Shown: positions 42,369-54,119, counted from the stretch's first letter. The stretch: 64,000 nucleotides of DNA from an uncultured Chloroflexia bacterium (GCA_963840335.1 CAWIYP010000027.1:24892-88891), one strand, 5' to 3'. A program made the numbers and translations. The notes: generated by a model not told the origin, from the sequence alone.

Positions 42369-44392
42369 TTGGATCAGGATTTCGCGCGACAGCGTCAACA
42401 AGCCGGGTCGCAGGAGCGGCAGGCGCAACCGAACCAGTCCAATGCCTTCCCTTCCGATGACGACGAGTTGAATCCACCCTGGGATCATGCGAGTGGGCGC
42501 TGGCCGATTCCACCCCAGCCGAACGTGGCGCGCGGCGAGGATTCCTCGTCGCTGGCTGATCCGTATATGGCGCCGCTGGTGGAGCGCTCGCTGCCAAACA
42601 CCAGCATGCAGGACTTCACGGCGACCGGCAAGATCAGCGCGCTGCCAACGCTGCGCCCTGGAGTCTCATGGAGTCGTGGGCTAAAGGCGCCCAGGGCTAG
42701 CGCCAACGCAGTGAGCGCGGGCCGCGTCAATCGCGCTGGCGTCGAGATGGACGAACAGCCCTCAATGCACATGGCTGCGCTCAGGAGCAGCACACTGCTG
42801 CGCGCCACCACCATCGTCTCGCTGGCGCTGCTCATCAGCCGCATCTTTGGCATGCTGCGCACGTTCCTCTTCGCCTATACCTTTAAATATGGCGCGACCA
42901 CCGACGCCTATACCCTTGCCTTCACCTTGCCCGACGCCATCTTCAATATCATCGCGGGTGGCGCGCTGGCTTCGGCGATCATTCCGGTCTTCAATGACTA
43001 CATGGTGAAGAAGCGTGACCGCAAGTCCGCCTGGTATATCGCCAGCGCCGCCATCAATACCTCGATGATTCTGCTCGTCATCTTCTGCGTCATCTCGATC
43101 ATCTTTACTGAGCCCGTGATGCGGCTGGCGTTTGGTGACATCTTCCGCAACTGCCCCGACGGATCAAATTGCAGTGGGCCACTGGCGGTACAGCTCACAC
43201 GCATCATGCTGTTGCAGCCGATTTTCCTGGGCGGCGCGACGGTCGCCATCGCGCTGCTCCAGGCGCGGCAATCCTTCCTCGCGCCCGCGATCGGACAGGT
43301 GGTCTACACGCTGAGCATCGTCGGCGGCATCGGCGCGACCCTGCTCGATGGCAAGACGGCATCTTCGGCGGACACCTCGGCATCTACGGCCCCACGTGGG
43401 GTGTCGTCGTCGGCGCCGTCCTGCAGTTGCTGATCCAGATTCCCGCGCTGGTACGCGCCAAGATGGAGTATCGGCCCGTCGTGAGCGTCAGCCACCCCGG
43501 TGTGGTCGAGATCGCGAAGCTGATGGGGCCGCGCGTCCTCAACGCCGCCGTGCTCTATACCTCCGTCTTCATCAACCGCTTCCTGCTGATCGAGACGGCG
43601 GGTGTGCTGACGGGCTACAACACCGCGATGACGCTGATCTTGCTGCCCAACGGCGTCATCGGGCAGGCGCTCGCACAGGCGGCCTTCCCGACGCTCTCGA
43701 CGCTGGTCTCGGCGGGCGAGTGGGATCGCCTGCGCCAGACCGTCCTGCGCAGCATCCAGACGATCATCTATCTGGCGATTCCCGCTTCGCTCGGGACGAT
43801 GGTGCTCGCGCAGCCGATCGCCACCGCACTGCTCGACTATCATAACTTCGACCCTAAGGCGCTGCCTCTGGTCTACGAGCCGCTGATCTTCTTCGGCATT
43901 GGCCTCACGGGGCTGGCTCTGGTAGAAATCCTCACGCGCTCCTTCTACGCGCTGGAGAACACGCGCACACCTACCCAGGTAAGTCTGCTGCAGTTTATGT
44001 TCGTCATCGGCATGAGCATCCTGCTGGATCCGTGGGGCGGCCCCGGAATCGCGCTGGCGTCGAGCATCGCGTGGACAGGCGAGGCGATTGTGCTGCTGGT
44101 GCTGCTCCGCCAGGAGATGGGCGGCCTCGACTTCAAGGCGCTGGGCATCTTCACGCTCAATGTGCTGGCCGCGAGTGTCGCCGCGAGCCTGACCGCGCTG
44201 CTGGTCTACATGCTCGGCGAGTTCCTGCTGCCAGCGGGAACGCACTCGATCATCGAGTCAGCCAAGATGCTGGTGCGCCTGATCATGGCGATCATCGTCG
44301 GCGGCGGCGTCTACTTCAGCTTCGCGCACTTCCTCAAGATCGACGACGTGCTGCCGCTGCAACGCATCCTCCAGCGCATGCGGCGTCGGTAG
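42369..44392 (+). CDS. murJ: Lipid II flippase MurJ/MviN with a long disordered N-terminal extension; indel near 43355; start uncertain
   Basis: SRIFGMLR, DAYTLAFTLPD, GGALASAIIPVF, AAFPTLS, RSFYALENTRTP. Confidence 0.9.
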
Positions 44393-44410
44393 CGGCGCGA
44401 CAGCGAACGA

Positions 44411-44458
44411 CGAAACGCCCCCTGATCTGGCGAGAGGCGTCAGATCGTGGGGTGTTTC
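44411..44458 (+). terminator. Hairpin after murJ
   Basis: GAAACGCCCC..GATCTGGCG / CGTCAGATC..GGGGTGTTTC. Confidence 0.6.
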
Positions 44459-44771
44459 TCGTTCACCAGTGCGACCATTGCGCTACTTTCAGCATGCACG
44501 CTGCGTCTACACATCAAAGGCGTCGTAGCGGAGGATGGGCTGATGGTAGCAGGCGCACTGGACAACCACCAGCGCTCCTGCTACCATCAGGGTACATGGC
44601 ATCAGGAGCTGTCGTCGCGCCGGGTCATCACAGCGCCTCCCGCTGTCCCTCCTCTGGTAGCCGCGCTCCCGACGTCGTCGCGCTCGCTCTCGACGCGGGG
44701 AGCCATGCGCGCCATCGAATAGCGCCGCTCGTCATCTCGCACCAGGCGTCATAGAAAAGGAACGCTGCTCC

Positions 44772-46329
44772 ATGACCCACGAGAATGCTTCCGTTGATAC
44801 CGCGCTCGCTTACATTGATAAGCACCAGGATCGCTTCCTCAACGAACTGTTTGACTTGCTGCGGATTCCCAGCATCAGCACGTTGCCCAGGTACAAGAAG
44901 GATGTGCGGAAGGCGGCCCGGTTTGTCGCCGCCAAGATGGAGAGCATCGGCCTGAAGAAGGTCAAGGTCATCAAGTCCGATGGGCATCCGCTGGTCTATG
45001 GTGAGTGGATGGAGGCTGAGGGCAAACCCACCGTCCTGCTCTATGGCCACTACGACGTGCAGCCAGTCGATCCGCTGGAGCTGTGGAATAGCGACCCCTT
45101 CGAGCCTGTCGTGCGTAACAACAACATCTATGCGCGCGGCGCCGTGGACGACAAGGGACAGATGTTCGGGCTGCTCCAGGCGCTCGAGGCCCTCATGCGC
45201 GCCTACCACGGCTTGCCCGTGAACGTGCGTTTGCTGATCGAGGGTGAGGAAGAGGCTGGCGGCGAGTCCATCGAGGAGTATGTCCGCACGCACCCGCAGA
45301 AGCTCAAGTGCGACGTGGCGTACATCGCCGATACGGGCATGCCCGCACCGGGCGTCCCCGCGATCATCTATGGCCTGCGTGGCATTACCTATACGGAGTT
45401 CGTGGCGAAGGGCGCCACGCATGACCTGCACTCTGGCGCGTTCGGTGGCGTGGCGCCCAATCCGATCCACGCGCTGGCGCTCGTGCTGGCCGGGCTGAAG
45501 GGCGCCGATGGGCATATCACCATCCCGGAACTCTATGAGCGGCTGAAGGGTGTCACTGAGCAGGAGCGGGCGCTGTGGAATCGCAGCCCGGTGGACGTTT
45601 CAGCTATCCTGAAGAAGGAAATGGGCGTGGATGTTCTCCCTGGTGAGGAAGCAGATCGACCCACGCGAACGGCTGGCCGCGCGCCCCACGCTGGAGGTTC
45701 ACGGCATTCGCGGCGGCTTCGTGGATGAGGGCGCCAAGACGGTCATCCCGGCGGAGGCGGTAGCGAAGGTCAGCCTACGCCTGCCACCCGAGCTACGCCC
45801 GCAAGAAGTGCTGCCGCTGCTGCGCAAGCGGGTCGCGGAGCTGTGCCCGCCAGGGGTGACGATCGAGGTACGCGAGGTACATAGTGGCGATGGCGTGAGC
45901 GTGCCGCTCGATAACGTCTATGTCCGCGCGGCAGAGCAGGCGGTGGAGCAGGAGTGGGGCGTCGCGCCAGTCTTCGAGCGCGAAGGCGGCTCCATCCCCA
46001 TCGCGGCGCTCTTCGACCAGGTGCTAGGCGCGCCTGTCGTGTTGGTTGGTGTCGGCCTGCCCGACGATAACATCCATGCGCCGAACGAGAAGATTCACCT
46101 GCCCAACTACTACCACAACATCCGCCAGGCGACGCGCTTCCTCGACATCGTGGGGCGCGATCCCGCCATCCTGGCACGTCCGAAGCAGATGGGCATGGCG
46201 TCACAGGCGGTCAAGGCGAAGGCCACGGCCAATGGCGCCAAGGCAAACAACAAGGCGAACAGCAAGGCGAGCGCGAACAATACTACGCATGGCGCTCACC
46301 GCAAGCACGCGACGGAGAACAAGGCATGA
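44772..46329 (+). CDS. M20 family dipeptidase; indel near 45650; basic low-complexity tail
   Basis: YGHYDVQP, ARGAVDDKGQ, EGEEE, DLHSG, GGSIP, HAPNE. Confidence 0.92.
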
Positions 46330-47253
46330 CAGCAGCGCGCGCGTCCCTTGATGTTGGCGGCATCTACCCACCCGTTCCCACCTTCTTCCATGAAGATGAG
46401 TCGCTGGATCTGGCGACGATGCGGAAACACATCGAGCGGCTGCGTGAGCAGGGCATCGCGAATATCGTGGCGCTTGGCTCCAATGGCGAGGCGGTTCACC
46501 TCGACCGTGATGAACGGCGCGCGGTGATCGCGGCGATTCGTGAGGCGGCAGGCGCGGAGGCGCAGATCCTCGCGGGCGCGAGCGGGCAATCCACCCGCGA
46601 GACGATCGCGCTCTGCGAGCTGGCCGCGGAGGCGGGCGCGATGTGGCGCTGATCCTGCCGCCGAGCCACTATGGCGGCAAGATGGGCATGCCAGTCCAAC
46701 GCGCGCACTTCCTGGCCGTCGCCGACGCCAGCCCGCTGCCGGTGATGATCTACAACATGCCAGCCAACGCGGCGGGCGTTGACCTGGACGCCGAAACGGT
46801 CATCACGCTTTCGACGCACGCGAATATCATCGGCGTGAAGGATAGCTCCGGCAATGTGACGAAGATGGCCGAGATCGCCGCAAACGCGCGCGAGGGCTTT
46901 GCTGTGCTGGCGGGGAGCGCCGGATTCCTGCTGCCAGCGATGGTCGTTGGCGCGCGGGGGGCGATTGCGGCGCTGGCGAATGTCGCGCCGCGCGAGTGCC
47001 TGCAACTGATGAACCTCTACCAGCAGGGCGCGCTGGATGAGGCGCGGGCGCTCCAGGCGCGGCTGATTCCAGTGAATACCGCCGTGACCTCTGGCTATGG
47101 CGTCGCGGGGCTGAAGGTGGCGCTCCAGTTCGTCGCGCACTATGGCGGGGATCCACGCCGACCGCTCGCGCCACTGGGCGAGGGCGAGCGTGTGCGTCTG
47201 CGCTCACTGCTGGCGCAGGCTGACCTGCTCCCACGATGCGCCCCGGCCACTAG
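46326..47253 (+). CDS. DHDPS/HOGA-like class I aldolase; indels; end approximate
   Basis: GIYPPVPT, LGSNGE, IYNMP, GVKDS. Confidence 0.88.
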
Positions 47254-47281
47254 CCCGCCTGCTCACTACCAGCGCACCAAG

Positions 47282-47323
47282 AAACCGCGCGCCTCCAGTC
47301 GTGAGACCGGAGGGGCGCGGTTT
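47282..47323 (+). terminator. Hairpin after the aldolase gene, adjacent to parS site 5
   Basis: AAACCGCGCGCCTCC...GGAGGGGCGCGGTTT. Confidence 0.65.
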
Positions 47324-47330
47324 GCCGTTG

Positions 47331-47346
47331 TGTTTCACGTGAAACA
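47331..47346. other. parS site 5
   Basis: Perfect TGTTTCACGTGAAACA. Confidence 0.93.
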
Positions 47347-47696
47347 CCATTTGGACGATTGACCTGGGCGCGAGCGTAGGTTATAGTGCCTGCGACCGCT
47401 CAGCCGTGTTGGCTGTGGCGCTACCTCCCCAGCCCGATGCAGCGCTCTATACCAGCGCGTCGTCGCGCGGATGAAAGGTCTTGAGCAATGACAGTCTTCT
47501 CTCTGTGTGACGTAGCGGCATCGCTTGGCGCCTGTGGGGCGTCGCTGGCCAATCGCACTCGGAGCTAGCGGACGCGCGACCTTTCCCTTTCGCCCCCCAA
47601 CCTCTCTGGCGCCACGGCGGCATGATCTCCCATGCCGCTGTGCCTGCCGCTGCGTCCATCCCACAACACTAAACTCATCGATGTGAGTGAACGGGA

Positions 47697-49110
47697 ATGG
47701 AACGTATGCTTTCGCGTATCAAAGACCGCCCTATGGCCGTGTACCTGTCGCTGGAGGGCGCGCTCGCGCTGCTGATGTCGCTCTATGGCACGGTGACAGC
47801 GATCTATCGTGTGCAGACGGCGGGGCTGAATCCGCTGCAACTGACCCTGGTGGGAACCGCGCTCGAAGGCTCCGTCTTCCTCCTGCAAGTGCCGACAGGC
47901 GCGCTGGCCGATGTCTTCAGCAGGCGCGGCTCGGTCATCGTGGGTGTCGCGCTGACGGGCGTGGGCTTTCTGGTGGAGGGACTGTTTCCCAGCTTCGGGC
48001 CGATCTTGCTGGCGCAGGTGCTCTGGGGCGCGGGCTACACCTTCATCAGCGGCGCCGAAGAAGCCTGGATCAGCGATGAGGTCGGCGTCGAGCGCGCCAA
48101 CCGTGGCTTTTTGCGCGCGCAGCAGATCGGCATGATCACGGGGCTGGCGGGCGTGGCGGGCAGTGTGGCGCTGGCGAGCTGGCGCATCAACGCGCCGATG
48201 CTGCTGGCGGGCGTCCTGGCGCTGGCGCTCACCGGCGTCGTCGCCCTGACCATGCGCGAGACTCCACGGCCACACGCACGGCTGGCCTCGAGTAGCGGAG
48301 GAACGTATCAGCACGGCGCGGCTGCGTGACCTGCGCGCGACCATCGGCGCGGGCTGGCGCCTGCTGAGGAGCCGTCCAACGCTGTTGCTGATCCTGGGCA
48401 TCGAGCTCTTCGTCGGGCTGTCGAGCGAGGGCTTCGACCGGCTCGGCGACGCGCACATCCTGCTCAACATCGGCCTGCCACCTCTCGGCCCGTTTCAGCC
48501 TGTCGTGTGGTTCGGCGTCTTCTCGGCGAGCATCCTGCTGCTGGGGCTGCTGGCGACTGAGCTGGCGCGGCGGCGGGTGGACGTGAACAGCCACCGCGCG
48601 GTCTCGCGGGCGCTGCTCGCGCTGACCATCGTGATCGTCGTGGGGATGATTGCCTTCGGGCTGACGAGCGCGTTCTGGTTCGCGGTGACGACCTATCTCG
48701 TGGTCAATGTCGCGCGCCGCGTCACCGGGCCGCTCTATACCGCCTGGCTCAATCAGCACACCGAGTCGGCGACCCGCGCGACTGTCCTCTCGCTGGAGGG
48801 GCAGGCCGACGCGCTCGGCCAGATTCTCGGCGGCCCGGCGGTCGGAGCCATCGGCTCGGCGGTGTCGCTGCCCGCGGCGCTGGTGGTCGCTGGCCTGGCG
48901 CTCACCCCCGCGCTGGCGCTCTTCACACGGGCGACGCCTCAGTCGTGCCGCTCCCGGCGCCCGCTGGCGAGAGCGCGGAGCCAGCGGAACCCACGGAGAC
49001 CATTCGCGGATAGTTCGCCCCAGCGGGAAGCGTCGAGCGCCGCCCTGCCCAGGATATATCTGAGTATAGGCGGCGCTCGTGTTGTCCTGCTCAATTGTAG
49101 CGTGCGCTAG
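47697..49110 (+). CDS. MFS transporter, TetA(P)-like family; indel near 48300; 3' end uncertain
   Basis: LNPLQLTLVGTALE...VPTGALADVFSRRGS; WGAGYTFISGAEEAWISDE; SEGFDRL; RATVLS...QADALGQILGGP. Confidence 0.85.
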
Positions 49111-49131
49111 CGCACCCCCGGCGCGGCAAGG

Positions 49132-49881
49132 TCATGCTTGCGGGCGCGCTCGGCCAGCGCGAACTTCGGCGATGGATGGCGAATGGGCGCAATGCGGCTT
49201 GAAGGGGCTGCGAAGTAAACCGCGTGTCCAGGCGGTCAGCTTCTCCAGCGACTTCCTCACGATACACGGTGAAGTCGTGCCGCTCACCAGGGAAGATGAC
49301 CAACTCTTTGGGATCTGCCGCGCGGGCGTAGAGGTCACGGGAAATCGCGACAGGGGCGATGGTATCAGCCGACTCCATGCAGCAGTAGCAGGCGACGCGG
49401 CGCGACATCGGCGACAAACTCGATGGCAGTGATGTTCGGCGCTACTCCCGCCACACACTGTCACCGCATCGCAGACGGAGCCAGCGCCAATCGCCAGCGA
49501 GGCGCCCGAACCCATCCCAATCAGCGCCATCCGGTCAACACCCTGGCGGCGCAATGAGGCCAGCGCCGAGAGCAGGCAAACCAGCCCATCATAGAATTCT
49601 CGCGGACACACATCCAACTGGAGTGTACTGACACCCGCCTGTTGGAGCCGCGCGCTCAGATCGTCGAGTAGCGGCGTTTCGTCGGTAAATGGGCTGGCAA
49701 CGCCAGGCAAGAGAATCGCCGCCGCGCGTGTCACGCTGGTGGGCCGCCATGTGCCCTGAAGAGTACCAAGTGAGGTGGAGATTGTCATGGAAACAGATGG
49801 CATAGTAACAATTCCTGGCACGGAGTCTTCCTTTCGACGCATGGTCGCGCGACCAGCCGCGCCCGACACGCTGGCCTCCAC
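49132..49881 (-). CDS. Degenerate alpha/beta hydrolase-like protein; indels
   Basis: MALIGMGSGAS elbow-like segment; another frame gives DTIAP...PKELVIFPGERHDF. Confidence 0.55.
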   Translation of the reverse strand: MEASVSGAAGRATMRRKEDSVPGIVTMPSVSMTISTSLGTLQGTWRPTSVTRAAAILLPGVASPFTDETPLLDDLSARLQQAGVSTLQLDVCPREFYDGLVCLLSALASLRRQGVDRMALIGMGSGASLAIGAGSVCDAVTVCGGSSAEHHCHRVCRRCRAASPATAAWSRLIPSPLSRFPVTSTPARQIPKSWSSSLVSGTTSPCIVRKSLEKLTAWTRGLLRSPFKPHCAHSPSIAEVRAGRARPQA

Positions 49882-50428
49882 AGAACGTGCGCTGCACCGC
49901 GCCCTTACCGTTTGCGCTCATCGACATTGAGCGCGCCAGAGCTATCCCCTGAGCGAGCAGGCCCAGAGCCTGCGCAGGGTGATCTCCTCAAATGCCCGCG
50001 TCTGTGCGGGTACGCCGAACCACCAGCGCAAACTGGAGGCCAACATCTACGGGATGTCGCGGGAAAAATCGTCCTCGCCGCTCTCACTACCTTGTCGCGT
50101 CGCATGCTCGCGCCCGCCAAGCCACGGCGTCTTTCGCGCGAGCGATCGCATCAGAGCGGCTACAATAACGCCTGATAGCTCAGGCGTTTCTGATGTAATT
50201 ACTTTCTCATTGTACCTGACTGCCATCCCAGACGCTAGTGCGCAAGACCTCTTTCGCGCCAATCTTAGCTTCGTCTCAGTAGCATTGCTGGGAGGCGACG
50301 ATGCGCCGTTGCGAGCCGACCGCGACATCATCAATTGCGCAGCCAGCGTCACACTTTCACTCACCTGATCGCGCATGCTATTCTACGTTACTCACCACAT
50401 TCGCCAGCAGAAAGGGGAAAGTCTGTCA

Positions 50429-51054
50429 ATGCTTGATGCGCCCGATTCGTTCTATCCAACGCTCATCCCTGTCGCCGAGGAGTTGCGCGGGCCGCGCATC
50501 GTCCTGCGGCGCCACCGCGCGGACGACGCCGCCGACCTCTTCGCCGCGCTGAAAGCCTCGCGCGAGCGGCTGGCGCCCTGGCTGGGCTTTCCGAATCAGC
50601 TCGTAAGCATCGAGGCGACGCGCGATTTTCTGATCCGCCGCGAGGCAAAGTGGCTGCTGCGCGAGTTATTGGGGTACGCTATCTGGCACGGCGAGACACA
50701 GGAGTACTTGGGCGGCGTTGACTGCACTCCATCGCATGGGAGCGGCGCTTCTTCGCGCTCGGCTACTGGCTGCGTGACGGCGCCGAGGGACAGGGCTATA
50801 TGAATGAGGCGGTGCGGCTCGTGACGGACTACGCCTTCACCACACTCAGCGCCAACAAAATCGCTCTGTGCTGCGACGCCCGCAACACCCGGAGCGCCGC
50901 GGTAGCGGAGGCGCTGGGCTTCGTGCTTGAGGGACGGCTGCGTAGCGAGATGCTCGCGAAAGATGGGACACTGGCCGACGAACTACAGTATGCGCGCATA
51001 CACGACGATCCCCGCTGGTCGAGCGCCAACATCCCACATGGCGCCTCGGTGTGA
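50429..51054 (+). CDS. RimJ/RimL family GNAT N-acetyltransferase; indel near 50722
   Basis: SRERLAPWL; GYWLR...GQGYMNEAV; CDARNTRSAAVAEALGFVLEG. Confidence 0.88.
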
Positions 51055-51089
51055 CGATGTTGGCGGCAATGAGTTGGCGGCGCTACTCC

Positions 51090-51880
51090 AAAGAAATTTT
51101 ACATAATTACAGAAAAAGTCAGCCAAAGTCGTCCACATCTGGCGGAGTTGTCCACTGGTCAAGTGGATAACTCGCACGCATGACGCTGACGCGGATCACC
51201 TGGCGGCGTGGTGGCGCGCAACGTGTTAGCTGGCGCCACCACATCGCCTTCGCCAGCGCATCGAGCAAATCACGCGATTCGTGGATAAATGGCCAATTCT
51301 TGTGGAAAAGTGACCGCAACTGTAGATAACTATTGGCGAAGTCTGATGTTTCTGGACTCCACCTGGGGCCAGCGCTATCCTACTTTAAGTTGTGGATAAC
51401 CCTGTGGATAACTTTCTGTGGATGTGGATAACTGGTGGGAATGTCGGGGCGCCGCTGGTGGACATCTGGATACCCTCACGTTGGCTGTGTGGATGAGTCT
51501 GTGGAGAGGTTGGGGATGACGGTGGATAGTTCTCGCGCCATCCACATCCGCTGTGGATGGCATTGGGGATAGCCTGGGGATGCTGTGGATGGCGCTCAGG
51601 AGTTATCCTCAATCATCCACAAAAGGGCGGCGCCTATCCCCGCGTTCCGCAGGACTTGCCCACGAGTGGAACGGCTACCAGTCAAGCGCGTGTAAGTGTG
51701 CCATCCTGACAGGCTCAGGGCTTGCACCCCCACACACAGACCCCTGCAAGCGGTTATCCCCACTATCCACCGGCCCTAATACTACGACTACTATTCTTAT
51801 ATCCTTCTATTAAATATAAAGAAAGAGAAGAAGAGGAGATGACGACGCTGATGACTTATCCCCAGACGTCATCCACAAAC
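51090..51880. other. Probable chromosomal replication origin oriC
   Basis: Perfect TGTGGATAA at 51391, 51403 and 51423. Single-mismatch boxes at 51162, 51280, 51301, 51321, 51488, 51603, 51613, 51754, 51856 and 51869. Unwinding module at 51754-51832. Confidence 0.9.
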
Positions 51881-52082
51881 GGACACCGACCGCTTCACAT
51901 CTCCCGTTGCCTGATATGTCTCCTGCCCAGATGGCCAGGGTGGCGCCTGCTCCAACGCGGGGCGCACACACATCGCCATTCGCGGTACCGTTCTGAGGGT
52001 AACACCTGGCCGCTCCAACTCAGAGGCGGCGTGGAGATCATACCCCGTGGCTGCGGCTACGCGGGAAGGAGTAGAGCAAACA

Positions 52083-53015
52083 ATGTCAGATGAGACGACA
52101 CAGGCAAGCGCATTGAGCGCATTTTCCGATCAACTCGCGAATGCTGTCGAACAGGCGTCGCGTTCGATTGTCTCGATCTCCGCGCGTCCGCGCCAGTCGG
52201 CAAGCGGCGTTCTCTGGCAGGCGGATGGCGAAGTGGTGGTGGTGACGGCGGATCATGTGGTCGAGCGTGAAGAGGACATTACGCTGACCATGCCCGATGG
52301 CCGCGTGCTGCGTGCGACCCTCGCAGGGCGCGACCCCAACACCGACCTCGCCGTCCTGCGCCTGCCGAGCGCCGACCTCGGCGCGAACGCTGCCGCCATC
52401 CAGCTCAACGAGGGGCTGCGGGTGGGGCATCTCGCCCTCGCGGTTGGCCGACCTACTGAGGGCGGGCCGCGCGTCTCCTTCGGCGTCGTCAGCGCCATCG
52501 AGGGGCCACGGCGCGCGGGCCACGGCGCCCAGATCGAGGGGATTATCTTCGCCGATGTGACCCTCTACCCTGGCTTCTCCGGTGGGCCACTGGTTGATCT
52601 CGATGGCAAGATGGTTGGCCTCAACAGCTCCCGCCTGACTCGCCAGAGCGCCGCGTTGCCGCTGGCCACGGTGCGTCGCGTCGTCAGCTCACTGCTGACC
52701 CATGGGCGCATGCGGCGCGGCTACCTCGGCGTTGGCACGCAGCAGGTCGCTCTGCCTACCGCTTTCGCGCAGAAGGTCGGTGGCTCGCAGGAGAGCGCCC
52801 TGCTGGTGGTGACAGTCGAGACGGACAGCCCTGCTGAGCGTGCGGGCATGTTCATCGGCGACCTGATCGTGGGGATCAATGGGCAGAACGTGAGCGGCGT
52901 GGACAGCTTGCGCAGCGCGCTCGCCGCCTCGCTTCCCGGCCAGGCGATCACCTTGAAGGCGCTGCGCGCCGGTGAGCCAACCGACATCGCCGTCACCGTT
53001 GGCGAGCGCGCGTAG
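52083..53015 (+). CDS. S1C serine protease with PDZ domain, no signal peptide
   Basis: TADHV, DLAVL, YPGFSGG; C-terminal PDZ. Confidence 0.9.
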   Translation: MSDETTQASALSAFSDQLANAVEQASRSIVSISARPRQSASGVLWQADGEVVVVTADHVVEREEDITLTMPDGRVLRATLAGRDPNTDLAVLRLPSADLGANAAAIQLNEGLRVGHLALAVGRPTEGGPRVSFGVVSAIEGPRRAGHGAQIEGIIFADVTLYPGFSGGPLVDLDGKMVGLNSSRLTRQSAALPLATVRRVVSSLLTHGRMRRGYLGVGTQQVALPTAFAQKVGGSQESALLVVTVETDSPAERAGMFIGDLIVGINGQNVSGVDSLRSALAASLPGQAITLKALRAGEPTDIAVTVGERA

Positions 53016-53114
53016 GTGGGTCTCGCCCTCAGCGACAGTTCCAGCCGCAGCCTCACGCACGTCTGTGGATGATCGCGTGAGGCTGCGGCGCCTCTGGAAA
53101 GGACATCATCGGCA

Positions 53115-54119
53115 ATGGCTGATGTGAGAGATACGAGTGGCATGTCGGCGCTAGGCGCCCTCTCGGAGGCGACCGCGCGGCTCGCGGAGCAGGCGAGCGC
53201 CAGTGTGGCGCAGATTCGCGCGGGCGCCCATGGCCTTGGCGCGGCGATCATCTGGGAGGTGGGCGCCCCAGACGCGACCGGTGAGGCGGATGCGACCGTC
53301 ATTACCAATGCCCATGTCGTCGCGGCAGGCCGTAGTGAGCAGGTGACGCTGCGCCTGCGCGATGGCCGCGAGCTAGCGGCGCAGGTCGTGGCGCTGCACC
53401 CTGAGCACGATGTCGCGGCGCTGCGGACGCGGGGGCGTAACCTGCAAGCGGCCACCATCGGTGACTCCAGCGCGTTGCGCGTGGGCGAACTGGTCGTCGC
53501 GATTGGACATCCGTTTGGAATCGAGGGCGCGGTGACGACTGGTGTCGTGGCGGCGCAGTCACCGGCGGATCCCGATCTCGATCTGGAGCCAGCGCTCCCG
53601 CGTGGGCCGGGCTGGCTGCCACGCCGTTTCGCGCGGGTGGACCTGGTGCAGGCTGACATCCGCCTCTACCCTGGCAACTCTGGCGGACCGCTGCTCGATG
53701 CGCAGGGTCGCGTGGTCGGCGTGAACGCGATGGTGGGCGGTGGTCTGGGCTTCGCGATCCCCAGCAACACGGTCAGACGCTTCCTCGATGAGACTGCTCG
53801 CACCGGCCAGCGTGTCTACATCGGTGTGCAGGCGCAGACGGTTCCGCTCTCGCCAGTCCAGCGCCAGCGCGTCGGCGTGGAGCATATCACCGTGCCACTG
53901 GTCATCGCGGTGGAGGCGGATGGGCCAGCGGCGACGGCGGGGATGCTGGTCGGCGATGCGCTGCTCGCGGTGGATGGCCGTCCGACCTACACCGCCGAGA
54001 CGCTCGCGCGTCTGCTCAATCGCCCCGGTACGCCAGGCCAGGCGCGCACGCTGGAGATTCTACGTGGTGGCCAGCGCATCATCATCACGCTGACCCCTGC
54101 GCAGCGCGCGGCGGCCTGA
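53115..54119 (+). CDS. S1C serine protease with PDZ domain, no signal peptide
   Basis: TNAHV, DVAAL, YPGNSGG; C-terminal PDZ. Confidence 0.9.
   Translation: MADVRDTSGMSALGALSEATARLAEQASASVAQIRAGAHGLGAAIIWEVGAPDATGEADATVITNAHVVAAGRSEQVTLRLRDGRELAAQVVALHPEHDVAALRTRGRNLQAATIGDSSALRVGELVVAIGHPFGIEGAVTTGVVAAQSPADPDLDLEPALPRGPGWLPRRFARVDLVQADIRLYPGNSGGPLLDAQGRVVGVNAMVGGGLGFAIPSNTVRRFLDETARTGQRVYIGVQAQTVPLSPVQRQRVGVEHITVPLVIAVEADGPAATAGMLVGDALLAVDGRPTYTAETLARLLNRPGTPGQARTLEILRGGQRIIITLTPAQRAAA

Noticed and set aside
51380-51630. Possible CRISPR array or iterons
   Set aside because: Repeats are 9-mers matching the DnaA box with irregular spacing; there is no repeat-spacer pattern and no cas or rep gene.
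51119-52093. Short ORFs across the DnaA-box region
   Set aside because: Their translations (YPQ, IH, ST repeats) simply reflect the DnaA-box sequences.
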